A stretch of 63,493 bases of DNA from an archaeon (GTDB taxonomy: Archaea; Nanobdellota; Nanobdellia; SCGC-AAA011-G17; GW2011-AR20), in assembly GCA_043808705.1 (NCBI GenBank), contig JAZDEO010000021.1, forward strand, positions 1 to 63,493. Reading direction: 5' to 3'. The notes beneath the pieces were generated by a model. It worked only from the letters and a program-made list of their open reading frames with translations. It searched no databases and was not told the origin of the DNA. This document shows, piece after piece, positions 44,978-53,102 of this stretch. The stretch's first letter is position 1. Each line of letters opens with the position of its first letter. The translations under genes were made by a program, and so were the position numbers.

Positions 44978-45646
44978 CTAGAACTCATCTAGCTTCTTTT
45001 GTGCCTGGCTATTATTATGGTTCTTCCAAGTACTCCATGATTTTCTGAAGATTTCAGGATATTTATCATAGTTTTCTTTAATAAATCTCTGAGTAACTTC
45101 ATTCGAAGTGTAGCCGGGGCCTATATTTCCGTATTTTCTTTTTAGTTGTTCAACTTCTTCTTCACGTGCGCATTTTGCTAAAATCGAGGCTGCTCCTACT
45201 GGTTCAAATTTTTCGGCGTGGTGCTCTACTACAAGTTCAACATCTTTATTTTTCAAAAGTTTTTTAACATAATTCTTATATTTTTCAATATTAGGACTAG
45301 GACAATCTAAAATTACTTTGTCTGGATTTAGTTCATTTATTATTTGGGCTGTTTTATGTGCTTCCAACCAGTTTAGATTTAAACCTGTTCCCCCATCAAT
45401 TGCATGATCAATCTCTTGAGGACTTACCTTGATTATTTTATATTTTTTAGCCAGTCTTTTAATTTGTGTTTCTAGTTCAAGTCTTCTTTTATGTGTTAAT
45501 AATTTAGAATCTTTTACTCCTATTTTCTTTAATTTAGGAATGTCTTTTTCTTCAAATAAAGCTCCTGCTATGAACAAAGAACCGATTACGGGCCCCTTCC
45601 CAGCTTCATCCAAGCCAAGCACTAATTTACCTTTGTTTTCAACCAT
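44978..45646 (-). CDS. rnhB: Ribonuclease HII
   Basis: GLDEAGKGPVIGSL motif and typical length. Confidence 0.9.
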   Translation of the reverse strand: MVENKGKLVLGLDEAGKGPVIGSLFIAGALFEEKDIPKLKKIGVKDSKLLTHKRRLELETQIKRLAKKYKIIKVSPQEIDHAIDGGTGLNLNWLEAHKTAQIINELNPDKVILDCPSPNIEKYKNYVKKLLKNKDVELVVEHHAEKFEPVGAASILAKCAREEEVEQLKRKYGNIGPGYTSNEVTQRFIKENYDKYPEIFRKSWSTWKNHNNSQAQKKLDEF

Positions 45647-45647
45647 T

Positions 45648-46559
45648 TTATTCTTCTTTAGTTTTTAATGAATTTATAATCTTAACTATTTCCTCTTCAT
45701 TTTTACATTTACTCAATTCCAATCTCTTTTTTCTAGAATTAGGAAGTGATTTTGTAAAGTTTAAGGCATGATTCAACAAAATTCTATAATTATTTATTTT
45801 ATATTTCTTATATAGTTTGTAGTATTCTTTAAATATCTCTATCTTGTTCTCTTTTTTGTATTTCTTGTTTTTGAAATAATCCTGAATTTGAGTAAATATA
45901 TAAGGATTTGATAATGCTCCTCTTCCTATCATTATATAATCACATTTAGTATAGTTTAGCATTTTATAGGCATCTTCAGGAGTAAAAAGATTACCGTTTC
46001 CTATTACAATAAGATCTGTTTTTTCTTTTAGTCTCTTAATTGCATCTAAGTCAACTTCTTCTGAATATCCTTTTTTTATGCTTCTTGCATGTAAACATAT
46101 AGCACTTACATTGTTCTTTTCAGCTATTTTTACTATCTTGTCTAAGTTTTTATGAATCCTTAGTTTTATGCTTAATGGAATTTTTAAAGAAGATAATCTT
46201 TTCAAAATCTTGTCTATTTTTTCAGGATGATTTAATAAAAAGCTTCCAGATTCTGATCTTATGATATTATAAGAGGGGCATCCTAGATTTAAGTCTAGAA
46301 CATCAATTTTATTTTTAAACAATAAGGCTGTTTTATACAAAATTTCAGAATTGTTTCCGGCTAATTGTAATGTTAATGGTTTATCTTTTTTGTCTAGCTG
46401 TAATAAACTTTTATTATGAATAAGGGAATTTGCATTAAGCATTTCTGTATATGCTAAAGATGCTCCATAATACCTACATAACATTCTAAAGGCTATATCT
46501 GAGTAGTTTGCTATTGGAGCAAGAACTAATTTGTTTTTTAATCTTGGAAATTTCATCAT
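45648..46559 (-). CDS. dus: tRNA-dihydrouridine synthase (Dus family)
   Basis: TIM-barrel flavoenzyme motifs LAPIANYSD, LNLGCP and HARS. Confidence 0.8.
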   Translation of the reverse strand: MMKFPRLKNKLVLAPIANYSDIAFRMLCRYYGASLAYTEMLNANSLIHNKSLLQLDKKDKPLTLQLAGNNSEILYKTALLFKNKIDVLDLNLGCPSYNIIRSESGSFLLNHPEKIDKILKRLSSLKIPLSIKLRIHKNLDKIVKIAEKNNVSAICLHARSIKKGYSEEVDLDAIKRLKEKTDLIVIGNGNLFTPEDAYKMLNYTKCDYIMIGRGALSNPYIFTQIQDYFKNKKYKKENKIEIFKEYYKLYKKYKINNYRILLNHALNFTKSLPNSRKKRLELSKCKNEEEIVKIINSLKTKEE

Positions 46560-46592
46560 AGTTCCTTAAAGAATTCATGTTTAAAAATATTG

Positions 46593-46856
46593 TGAGTGAT
46601 TAGCGGGGGTTCTCCAAAGTTAAGAACCCTTGAACTTTTCTGGATTTGAATTCGTCAGTTATTTACTAACTTCCAACGACCTTTACCCAAATCTTTTACG
46701 ATTTTCCGGGTATCCTAGGGCATCTTACCCATATGAGCCTTCCGCACCATATTGATTGGATGATTCGACGGGCATTCAGGCATTTATTATGTCTCCTGGC
46801 TGCCCTATTGCAGTTATTTTCTTTTAAAAAATAATCCCCGCTGAGCAACCACTCAA
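46593..46856 (-). ncRNA. Structured RNA, candidate SRP (7S) RNA; strand and ends tentative
   Basis: GC-enriched 341-nt gap between CDSs. The ends pair (TGAGTG…GCGGGG / CCCCGC…CACTCA). The minus sense contains ATCAATATGGTGC-GGAA-GGC and GGGCAGCCAGGAG, reminiscent of SRP S-domain elements. Confidence 0.45.
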
Positions 46857-46900
46857 TTAATATTAAAAATACAGTCTTTTTAAATGTTTTTATAACACAC

Positions 46901-47605
46901 TTAAGAATATCCTGTTAATTTTCCAACAATAAAGCCGACAAATGCAGCTGCCATTCCTATCAACATTAATTGTAAACCTTTTTTAAACCAACTTCCTACT
47001 GTCATTTTTCCCTCTATTGCTCCTGTAATAAATAAGGCAATTGCTGAAATTATTAAAGAAACTATTATTGCTATATTAATTGGAAGAAAGAAGAATGATG
47101 TTAAAGGAATAAAAGAACCTATTATTGATGCAATAAAAACAATTATTGCTGCCTTAAAGGGGTTTGTAAAATTTTTACTTAATTCAAGTTCTTCCTTCAT
47201 CATAATATCAAGCCATCTTTTTTTATCAGAAATAATATGTTTAGTTATTTGATCTAGTAATTTTCCCCTAAAACCTTTTTTATAGTAAATATCATATATC
47301 TCTTTTTTCTCTAAATTAGGCATATCTTTTATTTCATCTTTCTCTCTTTTTTCCTCGCTTTGATAATAGTCTATCTCTGCCTTTGTTGATGTATATGCTA
47401 CTGCACCCATTGAAACAGATTCTGCAAATGTTGCTGCTAATCCGGCTATTATGACTATTTTATGATCATTTGTAGCTATTGCCATTCCAAGAATAATTCC
47501 TAGAACATTTACAAGGCCATCTTGACCTCCTAGAATAAATTCCCTAAATAAAGAAAGTGCTTTCTTGTGTTGCTCTTCTATCCTCTTTTTTAAGGTTCTA
47601 TGCAT
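46901..47605 (-). CDS. VIT1/CCC1 family iron/manganese transporter
   Basis: GGQDGLVNVLGIILG motif, a central acidic helical loop, and C-terminal TM helices. Confidence 0.8.
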   Translation of the reverse strand: MHRTLKKRIEEQHKKALSLFREFILGGQDGLVNVLGIILGMAIATNDHKIVIIAGLAATFAESVSMGAVAYTSTKAEIDYYQSEEKREKDEIKDMPNLEKKEIYDIYYKKGFRGKLLDQITKHIISDKKRWLDIMMKEELELSKNFTNPFKAAIIVFIASIIGSFIPLTSFFFLPINIAIIVSLIISAIALFITGAIEGKMTVGSWFKKGLQLMLIGMAAAFVGFIVGKLTGYS

Positions 47606-47654
47606 ACAGAGATATAATGTAAGGGTTATATAAAAGGGTTTTGAAATATGAATT

Positions 47655-47870
47655 TTAGATCAAAGAAAGGGCATTATGTTTGCATGCATTAATACATGCA
47701 CCACAGTTTATACATTTATTTCTATCAATTGTTACTTTATCTTTTCTTGACAATGCATTTACAGGACAGGCTTCAACACAACCTACACAAGCACCTTTAC
47801 AAGTACAACTAGTGCATCTGCCGTATTTCCAGCAGCACTTTTTATAATCAATTTTTATGCTCATAATCAA
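47655..47870 (-). CDS. Small 4Fe-4S ferredoxin-type protein
   Basis: Motifs CVGCVEACP and CINCGACINAC. Confidence 0.8.
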   Translation of the reverse strand: MIMSIKIDYKKCCWKYGRCTSCTCKGACVGCVEACPVNALSRKDKVTIDRNKCINCGACINACKHNALSLI

Positions 47871-47943
47871 AATTAAATGTTAATTGTTTATATATGTTAC
47901 TAAATCAATTATGGTTTATTATTAGTTATAAACTAAGAATCTT

Positions 47944-47975
47944 TTTTAAAGCAAGAAACCAAGGTTTCTTAGGAA
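47944..47975. repeat. Direct repeat copy A flanking the vapBC cassette
   Basis: TTTTAAAGCAAGAAAC (16/16 identical to copy B), followed by CAAGGTTTCTTAGGA. Contains the hairpin AAGAAACC/GGTTTCTT. Confidence 0.45.
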
Positions 47976-47981
47976 CTTCCT

Positions 47982-48395
47982 TTAATCAAATAATTTTAAG
48001 AATTCTTCAGGACTTATTATCTTTATACTCCTAAATTCCTTTAGCTTTAATAAATGCTTATCTTTAGTTATTATGTAATCAACTTTTCCCTCAAAAGCAG
48101 ATTCAATAATTATATTATCTTTAACATCATCTTTTATAATATCAAATTTTTGTTGTGGTTCTATAACTATTGAAATAGAAATAATATCTTCAACTGTTTT
48201 TTGCATTTCAAGATTTTTGTCTTTTATTTTATCTTGAATTTCTTCATAATTTAATACGCCTATAAATTCTTTAATTATATCCTTAGACAATACAAGTTCT
48301 AATTCCTTGTTTTCAACTTTTTCTATAATCCTAAAAGAATTACCCTTCCAAAAAGTAGCAGAAATTAGTATATTTGTGTCTACTGTAATCCTCAT
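47982..48395 (-). CDS. vapC: PIN domain toxin (VapC-like)
   Basis: MRITVDTNILISA N-terminus. 137 aa. 4-nt overlap with the upstream AbrB gene. Confidence 0.8.
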   Translation of the reverse strand: MRITVDTNILISATFWKGNSFRIIEKVENKELELVLSKDIIKEFIGVLNYEEIQDKIKDKNLEMQKTVEDIISISIVIEPQQKFDIIKDDVKDNIIIESAFEGKVDYIITKDKHLLKLKEFRSIKIISPEEFLKLFD

Positions 48396-48649
48396 TTTTT
48401 GTTTCTAAATCTATGAATCATATCTGTAACACCCTCTTCTTTCATACCTGATTTTTTAGCAGCTTCTCTTAAGGGTCTTGTAATTTCTTCAAAGCTCTTT
48501 GTGTTTACCTTCTTCATTAACAAAGAATCATCTGTCAAAAAGAATAACACTTTATTGCCTTCCTTTAAGTCCATTTCTTCTCTTATGCTATTAGGTATGC
48601 AGATTTGACCTCTTGCACTTACAGTTCCCATTTCAACTCTTTCAACCAT
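48392..48649 (-). CDS. vapB: AbrB/SpoVT-type antitoxin (VapB-like)
   Basis: VSARGQICIPNSIREEMDLKEGNKV looped-hinge motif. Confidence 0.8.
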   Translation of the reverse strand: MVERVEMGTVSARGQICIPNSIREEMDLKEGNKVLFFLTDDSLLMKKVNTKSFEEITRPLREAAKKSGMKEEGVTDMIHRFRNKK

Positions 48650-48726
48650 TTTAAACCTCCGATAAGTTATATCTTATTAATAAGATATATCTTATATATA
48701 AACCTTTCTATTTTTTATCATTAAAA

Positions 48727-48758
48727 TTTTAAAGCAAGAAACTAAAGATTTCAGAGGA
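48727..48758. repeat. Direct repeat copy B flanking the vapBC cassette
   Basis: TTTTAAAGCAAGAAAC followed by TAAAGATTTCAGAGGA. Lies between the antitoxin start and the stop of the next gene. Confidence 0.45.
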
Positions 48759-48774
48759 GTTTAAATTATTTGTA

Positions 48775-49203
48775 TTATTTTTTCTTTTTGAACCACCCAA
48801 TTAGAAATAGAATTCCTATAAAGAAAGCTGGACCAGCAATTATAAAAGAATATGATAACATATCCCATTCATTTGGGTTTTTTAGTGCTCTTAATATCAT
48901 TAAAAAAATATAAAACAATCCAGCTAAAATAAAAACAATTCCTCCTACCCATTCATATTTCCAGGAGATTATTACAATTGCTAACAAAATAAATACTGGA
49001 ATATTATGTATTAATAGTCCAAGAACAGTCCCCCAAAAATCCATTTTCGAGTCAAAGACATCTAATGAAAATAAGGCCAGGAATAGGAGAAATAATATTG
49101 ATAAAATCCTTGGTGTCCAATACACAAATTTGCTAACTTTGTTAGTTTTTTTAATCTTGTTACTCTTTTTAATTTTACTAATCTTTTTAATTCTTTTTTT
49201 CAT
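48775..49203 (-). CDS. Membrane protein (hypothetical)
   Basis: Lys-rich N-terminus followed by four hydrophobic helices. Confidence 0.55.
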   Translation of the reverse strand: MKKRIKKISKIKKSNKIKKTNKVSKFVYWTPRILSILFLLFLALFSLDVFDSKMDFWGTVLGLLIHNIPVFILLAIVIISWKYEWVGGIVFILAGLFYIFLMILRALKNPNEWDMLSYSFIIAGPAFFIGILFLIGWFKKKK

Positions 49204-49322
49204 ATGCTATTAACATAAGATTTAGATATTTAAAACTGCTGTTTTAAAGATAATAAAAGATATTATCACAAGTACATCAATAATGTAATCAATTTTTGAT
49301 GTTTCTAATTTTTATCATTTTA

Positions 49323-49529
49323 TCAGGCCCCTAAAAATTTAAGCAATCCGTAAACGACAAAAACTGGCCAGACAATAGCTTTTAAAAATCCCAAGACTCC
49401 CATCCAAAAACCTGTTGCTGTAGATATATAATAAACTGCAGCGCCTACAAATCCAAGACCATATACTGCATTAGATGTACTTGGTTTAGGGCAACAGTAT
49501 TTGAAATTTTCTTTTATTTTTTTCTTCAT
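49323..49529 (-). CDS. Small membrane protein with N-terminal CCPK motif
   Basis: 68 aa with two TM helices. ATGA overlap with the upstream gene, and GAGGTGG lies 5 nt before the ATG. Confidence 0.55.
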   Translation of the reverse strand: MKKKIKENFKYCCPKPSTSNAVYGLGFVGAAVYYISTATGFWMGVLGFLKAIVWPVFVVYGLLKFLGA

Positions 49530-49999
49530 TTTTCCACCTCACTAAGAATAACAACATAATTTTTTCCATATTTCATAGCGCATTTTGGGCATGTTGTATA
49601 CCACATGTACTGTTTTTTGATGTTTAAATTTTTGTTTTTTGCGTAATCTTCAAAGTCTTTGCACCATTTGCCTGTATTTTTATATGGGCCTTCATATACC
49701 TTGCTTAGAAATTTTCCTGATAATGTGACATTTTCTGCATCAGGAATTTTCTTGTCAACTGCTAGATATAAATTCATGTTAAACTTAGATGTATGATCTG
49801 AGAGACATAACCAATCTGGTATTTTTGCATTTGCCTTCTCTACTTTTTCATTAAGTCTTTTCATAACACTGCCAAAGTTTAAAGGCATAAAGAAAATAGT
49901 AAACACCTTATCTTTTATGAATCTCTTGTTTTTCCATTCAATTATTTTTCCATCCCATGGTTTTGGATTAAATTTTGGACAACATTCATCCTTATCCAT
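49526..49999 (-). CDS. Cytosolic hypothetical protein with N-terminal CCPK motif and C-terminal CPKC
   Basis: 157-aa ORF, MDKDECCPKFNPKPW…TTCPKCAMKYG. Confidence 0.6.
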   Translation of the reverse strand: MDKDECCPKFNPKPWDGKIIEWKNKRFIKDKVFTIFFMPLNFGSVMKRLNEKVEKANAKIPDWLCLSDHTSKFNMNLYLAVDKKIPDAENVTLSGKFLSKVYEGPYKNTGKWCKDFEDYAKNKNLNIKKQYMWYTTCPKCAMKYGKNYVVILSEVEK

Positions 50000-50144
50000 A
50001 TTTTCACCCCCATTAAAAATTAATAAAAAAGAGTATATAAATATTTCCTAATAAGATTTAATAAAACCTTTTAATCTATTATAAAATATGATTAATAAAG
50101 CATGATTAGAAAGCTTTAAATTTTTTAAAATACTTAAAAGAGAT

Positions 50145-51113
50145 ATGACAAATAAAACAAATAAAGAGATTAGTGATATTTTCTTTGAAATTGCTGATAT
50201 TTTAGAGATTGAAAAAGTAGATTGGAAGCCTCAAGCATATAGAAAGGCTGCAAGAACAATACGAGATATGAAGGAAGATATTAAAGAAATTTACAAAAGA
50301 GAAGGCACTAAAGGTTTAGATAATATTCCTGGTGTTGGATCTGGTATTTGTAAAAAGATTATAGAGTATATTGAAACTGGAAAAATTAAAGAGTATGAAA
50401 GATTAAAGAAAGGAATTCCTAAAGGCTTAGATGAATTAATGAATATAAGAAGTTTAGGACCTAGAAAAGTAGATTATCTGAATAAAAAATTAAACATAAA
50501 AAATCTGGATGATTTGAAAAAGGCTTTGAAAGAACATAGATTAAGAAATTTGTATGGATTTGGAGAGAAAACTGAAAATAATTTAATTCAAGAACTAAAT
50601 CTTCCTAAAAAAACTGTCAAGAGATTTCCTTATAAAAAAGCATTTAAGGAAGCTAATTTTATTTTAAATAAACTTAAAAAATCAAAAGAGGTTCAGAGGA
50701 TTGATATTGGTGGAAGTTTAAGGAGAAAAGAAGAAACTATTGGGGATATTGACATTATTGTTGCCTCTGAAAAACCTGAAATTGTTATTGAAAAATTTAC
50801 TAGCCTTAAAAATGTTAAAAGAATCATTTCTAAAGGCAATAAAAAAGCTATTGTTATCTTAAAAAATAATATGCAGGCTGATATTAGAATTTTCAATATT
50901 AATGGTTACGGAGCTGCTTTACAGTATATTACAGGAAACAAGATTCATAATATAAGAATGAGAGAAATAGCTAGAAAAAAAGGTCTAAAATTAAATGAGT
51001 ATGGATTATTTAATTTAAAAACAGGAAAAATGCTGAAGAGTAATGATGAAGATTCTATCTATAAAGAATTGGGCTTTGACAAAGCTCCTTTGCCTGAGGA
51101 AAGGAAGAAATAA
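50145..51113 (+). CDS. Family X DNA polymerase (Pol beta-like), short form without PHP domain
   Basis: HhH motifs (IPGVGSGICKKI, IRSLGPRKV) and the nucleotidyltransferase motif GGSLRRKEETIGDIDIIV. Confidence 0.85.
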   Translation: MTNKTNKEISDIFFEIADILEIEKVDWKPQAYRKAARTIRDMKEDIKEIYKREGTKGLDNIPGVGSGICKKIIEYIETGKIKEYERLKKGIPKGLDELMNIRSLGPRKVDYLNKKLNIKNLDDLKKALKEHRLRNLYGFGEKTENNLIQELNLPKKTVKRFPYKKAFKEANFILNKLKKSKEVQRIDIGGSLRRKEETIGDIDIIVASEKPEIVIEKFTSLKNVKRIISKGNKKAIVILKNNMQADIRIFNINGYGAALQYITGNKIHNIRMREIARKKGLKLNEYGLFNLKTGKMLKSNDEDSIYKELGFDKAPLPEERKK

Positions 51114-51234
51114 TTCTTGTTTAATTCTTTTTTATTTTATTTAATACCATTTTAGAATAGTAACAAAATGGTAAGCTTTAAATACTTGAATATTGTCCTT
51201 ATTTTAGTAGTTTTTGAGGTGATAGGAATAAAAA

Positions 51235-52290
51235 TTGAAGGGTCCTATCAAGATATTAAAGACATTAAGTTTATGTAATTGTTTTATAGTATTAGTTAGT
51301 ATTATTTTTTTGCTTAGCATTATTTCTTTAAATTCCTTAGATGTTTATGCATCAGAAAGTTATACTGCTTATGTTCCTTTTAATAGTAAAACTTTAATGA
51401 GCGATGATGGAAATATAAATTATTATCATCATGACTATTTGGGGAATGTTGTTGTTAAAACAGATAATGAAGCTGATATAGTATGGGAAGCTGACTATGA
51501 GCCTTTTGGAGACACATTTAATGAGCAAGGAAGCAATGAATTTAGATTTACTGGAAAGGAACTAGATGGTTCTGGATTGCATTATTTTGGAGCTCGTTAT
51601 TATGACAAGGAAACTGGAAGATTCATTTCTGCTGATAGTATTGAAGGGAATATTGAAAAGCCTCAAACATTGAACAGATATTCTTATGTTTTGAATAATC
51701 CTTTAAAGTATAATGATCCTACTGGAAATGTTCCTGGTAATGCAAATAGTGATTTTGTAAATCCTAGTGTACAAAATCTTGTGGTTGAAGGTTCTATGCC
51801 TGATGCACCACAGTCTATTAAAAATACATTTGAGGGGGCTTTAGTTTATGGTTCTATATTTGATTCTATTCATGTTAACGTTGGAGCAGGTGTTAGAGCT
51901 AGTGCATTAGAATTCACTCCTGTAAACTTCTTATGGAGCAGTGAAAGTGAAAATCCTTATTTAACAACTGATTTTAATCCTGGACTTAATGTTAATGGTG
52001 TTAAAGGAAAAGTAACAGATGATAGTTATGGCTTTGGTGTTAGTGGACCTCCTGGTTCTCTTAGTGTTAGAAGTTATAATAATGGTGCTAGATCAGTTAC
52101 TGTAGGAATACCTGGTTTAAATGCCGCTACTCCTGACAACACATTTAGCGTTGGTGTTAGTCCCTCTGTAACATTTTATACATCTGAAAAGGGTTTAGAA
52201 AAAAATCTTGGCAGATTAAGAAATACTGATATTAATCTGCCTTTTTTTGATTTCTCAGGTGAAGATCCTTGGATGGGTGGTGGAGAATGA
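51235..52290 (+). CDS. Signal-anchored mini-Rhs: RHS repeat-associated core tip plus ~190-aa C-terminal variable domain
   Basis: TTG start with GAGGTGA upstream and a hydrophobic N-terminus. YYHHDYLGNVV…ADYEPFGD…FRFTGKELD…HYFGARYYDKETGRFISADS…LNRYSYVLNNPLKYNDPTG is the canonical Rhs core ending in DPxG. A Gly-rich unknown domain follows. Confidence 0.8.
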   Translation: MKGPIKILKTLSLCNCFIVLVSIIFLLSIISLNSLDVYASESYTAYVPFNSKTLMSDDGNINYYHHDYLGNVVVKTDNEADIVWEADYEPFGDTFNEQGSNEFRFTGKELDGSGLHYFGARYYDKETGRFISADSIEGNIEKPQTLNRYSYVLNNPLKYNDPTGNVPGNANSDFVNPSVQNLVVEGSMPDAPQSIKNTFEGALVYGSIFDSIHVNVGAGVRASALEFTPVNFLWSSESENPYLTTDFNPGLNVNGVKGKVTDDSYGFGVSGPPGSLSVRSYNNGARSVTVGIPGLNAATPDNTFSVGVSPSVTFYTSEKGLEKNLGRLRNTDINLPFFDFSGEDPWMGGGE

Positions 52291-53099
52291 AGAGATTTTT
52301 AGCTTATACAGGTTTAACAGCATTATTATCAACACTTTTACTTATACCTAAAGATAGTTCAACAGGTGATTTTAGGAAAGTTCAAAATTCTCCTATTGGT
52401 CCGTATGCAAGTGGTCTTTTAAATGCAGAAACTGTTGGTGAACAAATTGGATATTCAAAAGGCATTGATTCTATTTTAGTTAAGGAAAATAATCAAATTA
52501 TGAAGGATAGTACTGTAACTCCTGAAGAGGCTTCTATGTTTATTAAAGATTATAGAGATGAATTAGAACAAAGGTTAAGGACTGGGAAGGATGGCAATCC
52601 ACAATTTTTTTATTCAACAGCTCATGCTTATCTATTTTCAGGAATTCATTCATTACTTCTAGAAAATAATAAAGGATTTAATGAATTGTATATTTCAAGA
52701 GATTGTTTTAAAAGCGCATTTGAGAGATATTATGCTTCTATTGTTTCTGGAGGAGTACAGAATGATTCTGATAAAGTAAAGCTTCATGATGCAACCATTT
52801 CTGCTGGATCAGGATATTATCAAACTTCATATTATTTGGCAGTTAATTTCCTTAAACAAGCTGAATCTTTTGCAAGTGATGATTCTTTAGACACTGTTGC
52901 TGTAAAAGAATATTATGGATTAGCTAAAAAAGAATTAGATGATTTATATCTTACCATGAAGGGAATTTATAACATGAAATTAACAGGAATAAATCCTCAA
53001 TGGAGAAATAGTCTTTCATTTGATGATAATAAATTACAAGAATTATATCAAAGGTTAGATGATATAGGACAAGAGATCGGTGTTTATGGGGAAAAATAG
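52287..53099 (+). CDS. Hypothetical helical protein with N-terminal hydrophobic segment, translationally coupled to the Rhs-core gene
   Basis: ATGA start/stop overlap at 52287-52290. Begins MKRFLAYTGLTALLSTLLLIP. No recognisable family. Confidence 0.6.
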   Translation: MKRFLAYTGLTALLSTLLLIPKDSSTGDFRKVQNSPIGPYASGLLNAETVGEQIGYSKGIDSILVKENNQIMKDSTVTPEEASMFIKDYRDELEQRLRTGKDGNPQFFYSTAHAYLFSGIHSLLLENNKGFNELYISRDCFKSAFERYYASIVSGGVQNDSDKVKLHDATISAGSGYYQTSYYLAVNFLKQAESFASDDSLDTVAVKEYYGLAKKELDDLYLTMKGIYNMKLTGINPQWRNSLSFDDNKLQELYQRLDDIGQEIGVYGEK

Positions 53100-53102
53100 A
53101 AA

